Assembly: GCA_039794245.1 (NCBI GenBank)
Contig: JBDIVS010000004.1
Coordinates: forward strand, 7,109-71,108
From: Wenzhouxiangellaceae bacterium
GTDB lineage: Bacteria > Pseudomonadota > Gammaproteobacteria > Xanthomonadales > Wenzhouxiangellaceae
DNA length: 64,000 nt
Direction: 5' to 3'
A program made the position numbers and the translations under genes. The notes beneath the pieces were generated by a model. The model worked only from the letters and a program-made list of their open reading frames with translations. It was not told the origin of the DNA and made no database searches. Of this stretch, positions 28,470 through 37,779 are shown piece by piece (the stretch's first letter is position 1; each line of letters starts with the position of its first letter).

Positions 28470-29864
28470 TCACAATTCCTTGACACCGGCGATCAGCGCC
28501 TGGGCGGCCTTTTGCGCGTCGCCGTACAGCATCCGGGTGCGCTCGCCGACAAACAGCCGATTCTCGATTCCCGAGAACCCGGTGCCCTGGCCGCGCTTGA
28601 TCACGATCGCGTTTTTCGCCTTGTCCACGTCGAGAATCGGCATGCCGTAGATCGGACTCGACGGCTCGTCGCGCGCCGCCGGGTTGACGACGTCGTTGGC
28701 GCCGATGACCAGTGCCACGTCGGTGCTCGGGAACTGGGCGTTGATCTCCTCGAGATCGTAGATCAGATCATAAGGTACGCCGGCTTCGGCGAGCAGCACG
28801 TTCATGTGCCCCGGCATGCGGCCGGCGACCGGGTGGATCGCGAACGACACCCGGACGCCGCGCTGCATCAGAATCTGGACCAGTTCCCAGATTTTGTGCT
28901 GCGCCTGGGCCACCGCCATGCCATAGCCGGGGACGATGATCACCTTTTCGGCGTAGGCCATCAGGATCGCCGCATCCTGGGCCTCGATCGCTTTCATCTG
29001 GCCGCCGGTGACGGCCGCCGTCGTGCCGTCGTCGCCAGTGCCGAAGCCGGAGAACAGCACGTTGCTGAGCGGCCGGTTCATCGCCCGCGCCATCAACTGC
29101 GTCAAAAGCGTGCCGGCGGCGCCGACCACGATGCCGGCGATCATCATCGCCGGCATGCCGAGAACGAACCCCTCGAAGCCGACGGCCAGGCCCGTCAGGG
29201 CGTTGTACAGCGAGATCACCACCGGCATATCGGCGCCGCCGATCGGCACGGTCATCAGCACGCCGAAGACCAGTGCCGCGGCGAAGAAAGCCAGCACCAG
29301 TGCCGGGTCGGTGTGGCCAAAGCCGATCCAGACAGCCAGGCCCGCGGCGCCGGCGAAGACCAGTAAATTGAGCCCCTGCTGGCCGGGAAAACGCCAGACC
29401 TTGCGCATCCAGCCCTGCAGCTTGGCAAAGGCGACGAGCGAGCCGGAAAAGGCCACCGCGCCGATCAGCGCGCCGAGCACCGCCAGCGCCATCACGACCG
29501 GGGCGTGGACCTCGGCTTTGAGCAGTTCGATCGCCGCGATCGCCGCCGCCGCACCGCCGCCCATGCCGTTGAACAAGGCGATCATCTGCGGCATATCGGT
29601 CATCGCCACCCGCCGGCCGGTGTACCAGGCGAGGCCGCCGCCGAGCGCGATGGCGGCGGCCATCAGACCGATATTGGCGCCGACCCCGGCCTGCACGGCG
29701 ACCGCCGGGTGCCAGAAGGTGACGACCGAGGCCAGACCCATCGCCGCGCCGGCCCAGATGATGCCGCGCCGCGCCGTGACCGGCGAGCTCATCGCCTTGA
29801 GGCCGAGGATGAAGAGCAGCGCGGCAATGAAATACAGCGCCGAAATCCAGTAAGGGACGCTCAT
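28470..29864 (-). CDS. pntB: NAD(P) transhydrogenase subunit beta
   Basis: 464 aa. Polytopic N-terminus and a C-terminal dIII domain (VPGYGMAVAQAQH...GANDVVNPAA). Confidence 0.95.
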   Translation of the reverse strand: MSVPYWISALYFIAALLFILGLKAMSSPVTARRGIIWAGAAMGLASVVTFWHPAVAVQAGVGANIGLMAAAIALGGGLAWYTGRRVAMTDMPQMIALFNGMGGGAAAAIAAIELLKAEVHAPVVMALAVLGALIGAVAFSGSLVAFAKLQGWMRKVWRFPGQQGLNLLVFAGAAGLAVWIGFGHTDPALVLAFFAAALVFGVLMTVPIGGADMPVVISLYNALTGLAVGFEGFVLGMPAMMIAGIVVGAAGTLLTQLMARAMNRPLSNVLFSGFGTGDDGTTAAVTGGQMKAIEAQDAAILMAYAEKVIIVPGYGMAVAQAQHKIWELVQILMQRGVRVSFAIHPVAGRMPGHMNVLLAEAGVPYDLIYDLEEINAQFPSTDVALVIGANDVVNPAARDEPSSPIYGMPILDVDKAKNAIVIKRGQGTGFSGIENRLFVGERTRMLYGDAQKAAQALIAGVKEL

Positions 29865-30151
29865 TTGCCCGCTCCTTTCGACGACTTGAACATTTCGAGC
29901 ATGCGCTCGGTGACCACGTAGCCGCCGACGACGTTGCCGGCGGCAAGCAGTACGGCGACAAAACCGATCGTCCGATCGAGGTCGTCGCCGGCCTGGCCGA
30001 GGGCCACCATGGCGCCGATCAGCACGATGCCGTGGATGAAGTTCGAGCCCGACATCAACGGCGTGTGCAGCACCGCCGGCACCTTGGCGATCACCTCGTA
30101 GCCGGCGACCGCGGCGAGCATGAACAGATAAAGTGCGATCCAGCCTTCCAT
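29861..30151 (-). CDS. pntAB: NAD(P) transhydrogenase subunit alpha part 2
   Basis: 96 aa, three TM segments, sandwiched between pntAA and pntB with a 4-nt overlap. Confidence 0.9.
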   Translation of the reverse strand: MEGWIALYLFMLAAVAGYEVIAKVPAVLHTPLMSGSNFIHGIVLIGAMVALGQAGDDLDRTIGFVAVLLAAGNVVGGYVVTERMLEMFKSSKGAGK

Positions 30152-30160
30152 TTCGTTCTC

Positions 30161-31276
30161 CTATTTACCCACCAGCGACGGGTGGACGGACCGGCCGTCG
30201 TGCGTCATCAGGCAGCCCTGGATGATTTCATCTTCGGTGTTCAAGGCGAGCTTGCCATCCTGATCGTGCAGCAGGGCGAGCAGGTTGGCGATATTGCGCG
30301 CGAACATCTCGCTGGCGTGCAATGGCGCGCGGCTGGCCAGGTTCAACGGTCCGGCGATCGTCACATGCCGGTGGATGACCTCCTCGCCGGGGACGGTCAG
30401 TTCGCAGTTGCCGCCCGATTCGGCCGCCATGTCGAGGATGACTGCGCCCGGCTGCATGCTCTCGACCATCGCCCGGCTGACGATTTTCGGCGCCGGCCGG
30501 CCGGGCAGCGCGGCGGTGGAGATCACCACATCGGCCTTGGCCAGGTGGTGGGCCAGGGCTGCGGCCTGCTGCGCTTTTTCCTCGGCGGTCAACTCGCGGG
30601 CGTAACCGCCTTCACCTTCGGCGCTGACCCCGGTATCGATCATCCGGGCGCCGAGCGATTCGACCTGCTCGCGCGCCGCGGCGCGGATATCGTAGGCCTC
30701 GACCTGCGCCCCGAGGCGGCGCGCCGTGGCGATCGCCTGCAAGCCGGCGACCCCGGCGCCGATGACCACCACTTTCGCCGGCCGCAGCGTGCCGGCAGCG
30801 GTGGTCAGCATCGGAAACAGTCGCGGCGAGAGATCGGCGGCGAGCAGCGCTGCCTGGTAACCGGCAACTGTGGCCTGCGACGACAATACGTCCATTGCCT
30901 GGGCGCGCGTGATGCGCGGCACCGCCTCGAGTGCCAGCATCGAGATCCGGTTGGCGTTGAGCGCTGCGACGTGCTCCGGATGGCGGTGCGGGAAGAGCAG
31001 CCCGATCGCGATCGCCCCGGGTTTCATCAGCCCGAGCGAGGCCGCCTCCGGCGGCTGGACCCAGACTGTGACCCCGGCGCTGCCGAGCAGTGGGGCACGC
31101 GCCGCGACGATTTCCGCCGCGCTGTAGGCCGAATCGGGAAAGCCCGCCGCCTCGCCCGCCCCCGTTTCGATCCGGACCTGCCAGCCGGCGCCGGCCAGCC
31201 TGGCCGCGGTGGGGGGGTCGATCGCCACCCGCCTTTCCCCGGGCGCGCACTCTTTCAATACCGCAAGTTCGGTCAT
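30161..31276 (-). CDS. pntAA: NAD(P) transhydrogenase subunit alpha part 1
   Basis: 371 aa from ATG 31276, preceded by AAGGAG. Alanine-dehydrogenase-like fold (VVVIGAGVAGLQAIATARRLGA). Confidence 0.92.
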   Translation of the reverse strand: MTELAVLKECAPGERRVAIDPPTAARLAGAGWQVRIETGAGEAAGFPDSAYSAAEIVAARAPLLGSAGVTVWVQPPEAASLGLMKPGAIAIGLLFPHRHPEHVAALNANRISMLALEAVPRITRAQAMDVLSSQATVAGYQAALLAADLSPRLFPMLTTAAGTLRPAKVVVIGAGVAGLQAIATARRLGAQVEAYDIRAAAREQVESLGARMIDTGVSAEGEGGYARELTAEEKAQQAAALAHHLAKADVVISTAALPGRPAPKIVSRAMVESMQPGAVILDMAAESGGNCELTVPGEEVIHRHVTIAGPLNLASRAPLHASEMFARNIANLLALLHDQDGKLALNTEDEIIQGCLMTHDGRSVHPSLVGK

Positions 31277-31692
31277 GACCACTCCTTGCCGTGAAATGTG
31301 ATTGAGACATGAGGCGGCCTGATCTTCTTGCACCGCGCCACCGCGGCCCGGCCGCACGCTCATTGTCGCACGCCTCGGGGGCGGTTGCAGGGCAGGGGGC
31401 GTGCCAGACGCAGCCGTCGCCGGCGGCTCACGGCCGGCCGGTCATTCGCCGCCGCGCTTCTTGCCCGTCGGGCAAACCGCTTTAGGTTTCACACCTGGCC
31501 TGCCCCCGGTTGGGCGAGCGGGCGCAGGGCAGGCACAGTCCATGGGCGGATTTCTGCACTGGCGGAGCCCATACGGGGCTTCTTGCAGCTTCACGCGCAA
31601 CGGCTACGCTTACTGGGGTGTCTTTCGGTTTTACCGAACCCCCCCCCCCGGGCTTCGCCTGCGCTACGAGGAGGTCATGAATCATTCGGGCA

Positions 31693-31941
31693 TCAGTAGA
31701 TGCCGCTTTTCAACTCCTCGCAAATCACCTTCTGGGCGCGGGCCGCCTGCGCAAAAAGCCCGTACTTGATCATATATTCCTGCGCCAACTCATCCGCTTT
31801 GGAGCGCTGCTCGCCGGTCAGAGTATCTTGCAGCTGATGAAAATAATCGACCAGCGGCTGTTGTCCCACCTCGGCTGAGACGTAGGCCCAGGCATAAGCC
31901 TTTTCGAGATCGGCCGGAACGCCCTGGCCGTATTCGAGCAT
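31693..31941 (-). pseudogene. Sel1-repeat protein fragment (5'-truncated)
   Basis: 82 aa beginning in mid-repeat (MLEYGQGVPADLEKAYAWAYVSAE). The first codon lies 2 nt from the end of the MITE-like element at 31944. GC looks lower than in the neighbours. Confidence 0.55.
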
Positions 31942-31943
31942 AT

Positions 31944-32184
31944 ACCCAACTGTTGCATAAATTCCCGGAATTCTCGGTCAAGCGGGTGAGTACAGCTTGG
32001 CCGATTGCCCGACAAATGCGTCGGGAACGCAATTTGAACGGTCGCAGGCCGGCCCGTTGGGACAGGGCGAGGGCAGGACTGCCCGAGTAAAACCGGGCGC
32101 GTCGCCGTTTGTGAATTCGAAGTTTTGACTAATATCTACATAACTTACTGATTTAATTATAAAAAATTTATGCAACTCTTGGGA
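31944..32184 (+). mobile_element. MITE-like non-autonomous element, long variant (241 bp)
   Basis: Same termini and arms as 1182-1355, plus an internal block of about 80 bp that contains the hairpin CCCGAC-aaatgc-GTCGGG. The right terminus is degenerate (GCAACTCTTGGGA). Confidence 0.8.
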
Positions 32185-32607
32185 TTATTATCAGGAAGCA
32201 CAGGCGCTTCATTGCAGATGAATGTGTTCTGAGTGTGTTTAATGAACTAAATACCGCTAAATATTTCATGATATCGCCTCTATGGACTCGGCGCCATGAG
32301 AATCATGGCCCACCTAATGATGACCCGCTCTTTTGGGGATCGCGTTCGCATCCTTCGGACCTGTCAGGCCGAGGCGGCGGTGGCTCGGCCGTTGCCAGGC
32401 GGAACGGCCACGATCTTTTGGATTTCGCCTTTCCGCCGGTCATGAAATCACAGGTTCGGAAGAACGCGGCTTTCGGCCAGGTCGGTGGAAAACCGACCCG
32501 CCGGGCCGATGGTATAGATGCGCCAGCCGGGTCTGGGGTGCGCTTCAGCAATGGCGGGCGCGCGGTGCAGTTGGCCGGTTTTCCTTACAGTTCTGCGGAT
32601 CCGGCTG

Positions 32608-32955
32608 CTATCTGCTGCCGCCGGCCGGCGTGTATTCGATGCGCAGGGCCGGGTGGTTGCCGGGCAGGGCGACGCGGAAGGCGATGAAGGGCAACAGCGG
32701 GTTGGGCAGGATGTAGCGCCAGGCGAGGCCAGGTTCGATCTGACCGCCGGGCAGGACCAGGTCGAGCCACAGATAAAGTCCCTTGTAGGGGCACAGGCCG
32801 GGCAGATAGGTGTGGCGGTAGGTTCCGGCCAGCAGGTGGCGGCGGCGGATGTAGAAGTTGCCTTCAAAGGGCATCAGGCCGTAGCCCTGCGGCCCGGCGG
32901 CGAGCAGGGTGCCGCTTGGGTAATGGACGATCCGGACAAACACCTGGCGACTCAT
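32608..32955 (-). CDS. DUF427 domain-containing protein
   Basis: About 115 aa from MSRQVFVRIVH. FEGNFYI...CPYKGLYLWLDL resembles the DUF427 signature. Confidence 0.65.
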   Translation of the reverse strand: MSRQVFVRIVHYPSGTLLAAGPQGYGLMPFEGNFYIRRRHLLAGTYRHTYLPGLCPYKGLYLWLDLVLPGGQIEPGLAWRYILPNPLLPFIAFRVALPGNHPALRIEYTPAGGSR

Positions 32956-32971
32956 TGCCCGACCCGGGGGT

Positions 32972-33607
32972 TCACTGTCCGGCGCCGGCAAGGCTCGCAC
33001 CGCCCGCTTCGGCGGCCAGGATCCGGTCGACGGCGCGGCGGATTTCCGCCGCCCACCACGGGGCGCGCCGTGCCGCTTTCCTGGTATGGCTGAGTTTTTC
33101 GAAAGCGGTGTCGTCGCCGGTGATCAGGTCATAGAGGTTGAAACGGATGCGGCCGCTTTGGTCGATCAGGTAAATCCCCGGCGTGGCCAGCACACCGTAA
33201 ATCTCGGCCGCGGCGTCGGCTTTCGGCAGCAGTACGAAATCGTAGCCCTGCTCGTCGAGCACGGTGCGCGGTTCGCCGTCGTCGTCGCGGATATCGAATG
33301 CGTAAACCCTGACCTGGCCGCCGTATTCGTCGAGCATGCTTTGCAGGTGCGGCATCAGGGCCTTGCAATACGGGCACCAGGTGGCCCAGAACAAGTAAAT
33401 ATCGACCCCCGCCTCGCCGCTCGGAAAGCGGTGCACGACGCCGTGGTCGTCGGCCAGCGTGAATGTTGGCGCCTGGGGCGGCGCCGGCAGCGCGCCCGGC
33501 GCGGTGCCGTCCGCCGCGGCGGCGGGCGCCAGCCAAAGCATCAATCCCAGGGTGACCCCGGCCAACCTGCCGCCCATTCCAACGATCGTCATTGCCTTGC
33601 CTTTCAT
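32972..33607 (-). CDS. TlpA-family thiol:disulfide oxidoreductase (thioredoxin fold)
   Basis: About 211 aa from MKGKAMTIV. Signal peptide and WATWCPYCKALMPHL (CxxC). Confidence 0.78.
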   Translation of the reverse strand: MKGKAMTIVGMGGRLAGVTLGLMLWLAPAAAADGTAPGALPAPPQAPTFTLADDHGVVHRFPSGEAGVDIYLFWATWCPYCKALMPHLQSMLDEYGGQVRVYAFDIRDDDGEPRTVLDEQGYDFVLLPKADAAAEIYGVLATPGIYLIDQSGRIRFNLYDLITGDDTAFEKLSHTRKAARRAPWWAAEIRRAVDRILAAEAGGASLAGAGQ

Positions 33608-33659
33608 GCCGTCAAGGCCAATCAAGACCGCCCGCTGCGCCGTTTGCTGGCAGCGCCGG

Positions 33660-35138
33660 TCAGGTTGATTTCCGGCTCGTGTCGCCACTTGCGGCGGATT
33701 GGCGCGGTACACCTGCGCCGTGCAGGTTGTGGATCAAGTCGGCACCCTCAATATTCAAGGTAGTGAGACCGTAGTGGTAGGCCAGGACGGCAGCCGGAAC
33801 CAGTTGTATCGTAATGCCGTTTTGCCGGCGCTCGCCCCACTGGTCGATCGTCGTGCACAGTGCCGTAGAAAGGCCGTTTTTTTCGCAGAAGCGGGCGAGT
33901 GATGATGTCTGGCGCGCATCGGATAGAGGTTTGTTGCTCCATTTAATTTCGATCGCCATCACCGGTTGCAGGTTCCTGTGCAAGAAAACGAGGTCCACTT
34001 CACCACCCGGCCAGCGGGCATAGCGTATTTGCTGCTCGGTTTGGGATAACTGGCCGAACATCGCCGTTTCGACAAGAGAACCGAAAGCCGCGTCTGCGGT
34101 ATTTACTTCTCCGAACAGAGCCGAGCGCATCGTCGGGTTGTTCAGAAAGACTTTGAACTGCCGCTGCCTGAGGAAACGTTTTCCGGTCTGGTCTATCCGT
34201 TGTACTCGGCGGATCAGGAAGGCCGCTTCGAGATATGCGATATATTTGGCTATGGTCGGTTTTTTTATGCTGCTTCTCTGGCTCAGCGCTTCGAGTGAGA
34301 CCTCCTGCGCGGTGTTGTAGGCAAGTGTCGTGAACAAGGCATTGAGTTCCTGAATATCGCCGATCCCGTAGAGGTTGGGCAGATCGCGCAGTAACACCTT
34401 GTCGATGATGTCCGCTTTGATAAAACGGCTGCCATGTTCGCGGATTTGTGGGATGAGCGCTACTTCCGGGTAACCGCCGTGGTTGAGATAATCGACAAAG
34501 CTGGCATTGAGCCGCTGCGGGTCTGAAATACTGTAGCGGCCGATGCCCTGCACGTTCAATAGCGAGTCTTGCTTCAATAAATGCAGATATTCCGGGAACG
34601 TCAACGCCGGTAGGATGAAATCGGTGAAGCGCCCGGCGCCGGATTCCTGGCTGCTGCGTTTGAGCGCCGCTGCCGCCGAGCCGGAAACCAGAATCCGCAA
34701 TTGTGGGTGGTTATCGACCAGTGGTTTGAGGTGGCGTTCCCAGTCCCGTAGATACTGGATTTCATCGAGAAAAACAAATCGCGGCTTGCCCGCCGATGCC
34801 GGGTGGCCGATATCGAGTGCCGCAACGAGCGAATCGAGCGACTGGTAATGGAGAATCGGGTGCTCAACATCCAGATAACCGATGCGCCGCGGATCGACGC
34901 CGCGGCTGATCAGACGCTCGATCAGGTGGTAGATCAGTATCGTTTTACCGACCCGGCGGGGTCCCAAAAGAACGATCGCCCGGCGGGCATCGAGATTGGT
35001 GAGCAGGTCGTACAGTGGTTCGATATATGGCCGTGGACGAAGGCCGGCGATCCGCGGCAACTCGGTCCGGCGCCCGGACCACCAAGGGTTCGTGCGCTTA
35101 ACGTGCTCGATAACTTCTTGATTCGTAATGTCTTTCAT
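33660..35138 (-). CDS. AAA_14 ATPase with C-terminal DUF4143 domain
   Basis: 492 aa. Walker A LLGPRRVGKT, Walker B FVFLDEIQY, and a C-terminal nuclease-fold-like block (EVDLVFL...AIEIKWS). Visibly lower GC than the flanks. Confidence 0.8.
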   Translation of the reverse strand: MKDITNQEVIEHVKRTNPWWSGRRTELPRIAGLRPRPYIEPLYDLLTNLDARRAIVLLGPRRVGKTILIYHLIERLISRGVDPRRIGYLDVEHPILHYQSLDSLVAALDIGHPASAGKPRFVFLDEIQYLRDWERHLKPLVDNHPQLRILVSGSAAAALKRSSQESGAGRFTDFILPALTFPEYLHLLKQDSLLNVQGIGRYSISDPQRLNASFVDYLNHGGYPEVALIPQIREHGSRFIKADIIDKVLLRDLPNLYGIGDIQELNALFTTLAYNTAQEVSLEALSQRSSIKKPTIAKYIAYLEAAFLIRRVQRIDQTGKRFLRQRQFKVFLNNPTMRSALFGEVNTADAAFGSLVETAMFGQLSQTEQQIRYARWPGGEVDLVFLHRNLQPVMAIEIKWSNKPLSDARQTSSLARFCEKNGLSTALCTTIDQWGERRQNGITIQLVPAAVLAYHYGLTTLNIEGADLIHNLHGAGVPRQSAASGDTSRKST

Positions 35139-35210
35139 ACCGATTTGTAGTTAAGATAACATGATTTACCTTAACACAAATCTGGCAGAATTTCGAGGAT
35201 GCCCTCCCCT

Positions 35211-36251
35211 TCAGCCGCAGGCGGCGCCGGGTTCGGCGATCTCGCCGGGGTGGGGTGCGATCCGGTCGGCGATGGCGCCGGCGGCGGCCGGATCCCAGCC
35301 ACAGGCGGCGAGGGCGAGGGTGCGGGCGACGCGGGTTTCGGCGCCGGCGCCGGCGCCGTCATCGGGCAGCCGGTCGATGGCCTTGAGTCGGCGGCCGAGG
35401 CCGGCGCGATTGGCGATCTGGATCGCCAGGCCCGGGCGGGCGTTGAGTTCGAGTATCTGCGGTCCGTGTTCGCGGTCGATGACGATATCGGCACCCATGT
35501 AGCCGAGGCCGACGGCGTCGTGACAGCGCGCCGCCATCCACAGCATGCGGCGCCATTCGGGGATCATAAAACCGCCGAGTGCGGTACCGGTGTCGGGGTG
35601 TTCTTCGACCGGCTGGTTGTGCATCACGGCGCTGATTGTCTGGCCGCTGGCCAGGTCGATGCCGCAGCCGACCGCGCCCTGGTGCAGATTGGCCTTGCCG
35701 TCCGATTGGCGCGTCGGCAGGCGGATCATCGCCATCACCGGGTAGCCGCGATAGACGATGATCCGCTGGTCGGGAATGCCGGTCAGGTTGAAGCCCTGGT
35801 AGCACGGGTGCAGGTGGATCAGGGTTTCGATCATCGCCTCGTCGGGCTGGCCGCCCAGGCTGTACATGCCACTGAGAATGTTGGCGACATAGTGGGCGAT
35901 GTCGGGGATATCGAGCAGCCGGCCGCCGGCCGTCACCCAGCGCCGGTTGCGGCGCGCGACGATCACCTGGATGCCGCTGCCGCCGCTGCCGTGCGCCGGC
36001 TTGATGGCAAATTCGTGCAGTTGGCCGAGCACCGTGCCGAGCCGTGCCGCTTCGTGCTGCGTGCGGATGCGGGCGAGCAGCCTGGGCGTCGGGATGCCGA
36101 AGGCATCGAGCCTTTGTTTGCACAGGATCTTGTCATCGACCAGCGGGTAGAAGCGCCGCTCGTTGTAGCGCATGATGTAATCGCCGTTGCGCTCGTTCAG
36201 GCCGAGCACCCCGGCGTCTTTGAGGCGGCGGTAGCGGTGGAAGAACGACAT
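35211..36251 (-). CDS. Alpha-L-glutamate ligase-like (RimK-related ATP-grasp) protein
   Basis: 346 aa. GVLGLNERNGDYIMRYNERRFYPLVDDKILCK at the N-terminus and an ATP-grasp core (FAIKPAHGSGGSGI...ILELNARPGL). Confidence 0.85.
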   Translation of the reverse strand: MSFFHRYRRLKDAGVLGLNERNGDYIMRYNERRFYPLVDDKILCKQRLDAFGIPTPRLLARIRTQHEAARLGTVLGQLHEFAIKPAHGSGGSGIQVIVARRNRRWVTAGGRLLDIPDIAHYVANILSGMYSLGGQPDEAMIETLIHLHPCYQGFNLTGIPDQRIIVYRGYPVMAMIRLPTRQSDGKANLHQGAVGCGIDLASGQTISAVMHNQPVEEHPDTGTALGGFMIPEWRRMLWMAARCHDAVGLGYMGADIVIDREHGPQILELNARPGLAIQIANRAGLGRRLKAIDRLPDDGAGAGAETRVARTLALAACGWDPAAAGAIADRIAPHPGEIAEPGAACG

Positions 36252-36252
36252 C

Positions 36253-37779
36253 TCAGATGCCCCCGGCCAGCGGTTTGAAGCGGCGCAGCTCGCTCAGGCG
36301 GTAGCCGGTGTATCGGCCGAGCGCGATGATGGCGCCGAGCACGATGAGCAACAGTTCGGGATAGACCAGCACCAGATGGCGGACCAGGTGGTTTTCCATC
36401 GTCAGGTAGGCGAGGGCGGCGATCGCCAGCGAGCCTGTGGCGTCGATCAGGGCGTTGCGCGGCCCGCTCTCTTCCCAGGCGATCGACATCCGTTCGATGA
36501 CCATGGCCATGATGACCATCGGGAACAGGGCCACCGACAGGCCGACCTCGAGATTGAGCTGGTAGGTGACGACACTGAGCGCGGCCATCAGCAATACGAC
36601 GATGGTCAGCACCGCGGCCAGCCTGGGGACCAGCAGAAGTTTGAGCCGTTCCAGATAAAAACGCAAAAGCAGGCCGGTGCCGACGATAAACGTGAACATC
36701 AATATGCCGGCGATCAGCCGGGTTTCGCGGAAGGCCAGGGCGATCAGCACCGGCATGAAGGTGCCGAACGAGCGCACGCCGACGACGTTGCGCAGCAGGA
36801 CGATGATAAACGCCCCGACCGGGACGAGCAGCAGGATCTCGTACAGCGACTGGCTGTGCAGCGGCAGGGCAAGCAGCGAAAATCGCGCCAGCCAGGGATG
36901 CGCCAAACCGGTGTTCTCGATCGCCAGTTGCAGGCTGCTAAGTTCGCTGGATTGCACCGCGTAGTGCACGTCCGTCACTTCGCCGCCTTTGATGCCGGCT
37001 GCCGGCTCGTCGCCGAACCACAAAAACAGGTAATCGGCAGGCAGCCCCAGCTGGCCGCTCAGCGGATCGAAGAACAGCCAGCGCTGCTCGTTGTGGACCG
37101 CAAGATAAGGCATCAGTGGCTGGTTGTTGCTCTGTGCGCCGAGCTTCAGGCCGTTGACTTTCAGCGTCGGGATACGGGCGCCGGCGAGCAAAAGCCGGGC
37201 GAGCGCCACGCGGTCGGCGCGGTAGATCGGATCGCTCAGAAAAAGCTGGAAGTCTTCGTCCGTGCTGCCAGTATTTAGGCGGCGCAACAGCTCGGCGCTG
37301 AAACTGGCGATATCGGCCGAATGTTCGCGGACCTTGGTGACGATGTTGCGCAGCGCCGTGGCAAACGGCTCGTCGAGCGCCGGCAACGGCGGATAGTCCG
37401 GCCTGGGCGGCAGCGCCGCGGCCAGGCCGGTGGGATAGAAGGTGACGCGGTAATACAAAGTCTGGGTGCCGCTGACCCGCCGCTTGGCCCACACCGCGGT
37501 GCGCGTGTGCCGGTTTTCCTCGACCGTCAGACCGAAATCGCGCGACACGAAATGCTCGTTGAGCCGGGCGAATCCCGGGGTTTGCGCCGGCAGGCGCAGG
37601 GCGATCTTGAGCGGCCCGCCGTCGCCTCTGAACTGGACACGGGTCTGCACCGTCCAGGCGGTGCTGAGTTCGCCGGGGGTCAGCGGGTAGCCGAGTACCT
37701 GATGCTTGTAAACGAACAGCCCGCCGCCGGCGGCGGCCAGCAGCAGGCTGAGCACCAGCCAATGGGGAAGGGTCTTCAT
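36253..37779 (-). CDS. Inactive transglutaminase domain fused to 7 TM helices (UUP1-like membrane protein)
   Basis: 508 aa from ATG 37779 (ATGA overlap). N-terminal TM, a periplasmic domain of about 300 aa, and a C-terminal block of about 7 TM helices. Confidence 0.75.
   Translation of the reverse strand: MKTLPHWLVLSLLLAAAGGGLFVYKHQVLGYPLTPGELSTAWTVQTRVQFRGDGGPLKIALRLPAQTPGFARLNEHFVSRDFGLTVEENRHTRTAVWAKRRVSGTQTLYYRVTFYPTGLAAALPPRPDYPPLPALDEPFATALRNIVTKVREHSADIASFSAELLRRLNTGSTDEDFQLFLSDPIYRADRVALARLLLAGARIPTLKVNGLKLGAQSNNQPLMPYLAVHNEQRWLFFDPLSGQLGLPADYLFLWFGDEPAAGIKGGEVTDVHYAVQSSELSSLQLAIENTGLAHPWLARFSLLALPLHSQSLYEILLLVPVGAFIIVLLRNVVGVRSFGTFMPVLIALAFRETRLIAGILMFTFIVGTGLLLRFYLERLKLLLVPRLAAVLTIVVLLMAALSVVTYQLNLEVGLSVALFPMVIMAMVIERMSIAWEESGPRNALIDATGSLAIAALAYLTMENHLVRHLVLVYPELLLIVLGAIIALGRYTGYRLSELRRFKPLAGGI

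Noticed and set aside
31461-31540. Apparent weak similarity to the long-variant interior. The blocks TTGCCCG..TCGGG, GTTGGG, GGCG and AGGGCAGG appear in the same order, about 400 bp upstream of the copy at 31944.
   Set aside because: The match needs several gaps, and in DNA this GC-rich I cannot distinguish it from chance by eye. It needs a scored alignment.
32168-32269. 33-codon minus-strand ORF (MKYLAVFSSLNTLRTHSSAMKRLCFLIIIPRVA) with a GAGG upstream. It could be the leader of the disrupted Sel1 gene.
   Set aside because: It does not join in frame with the Sel1 fragment across the element. It ends within the element terminus and is too short to support.
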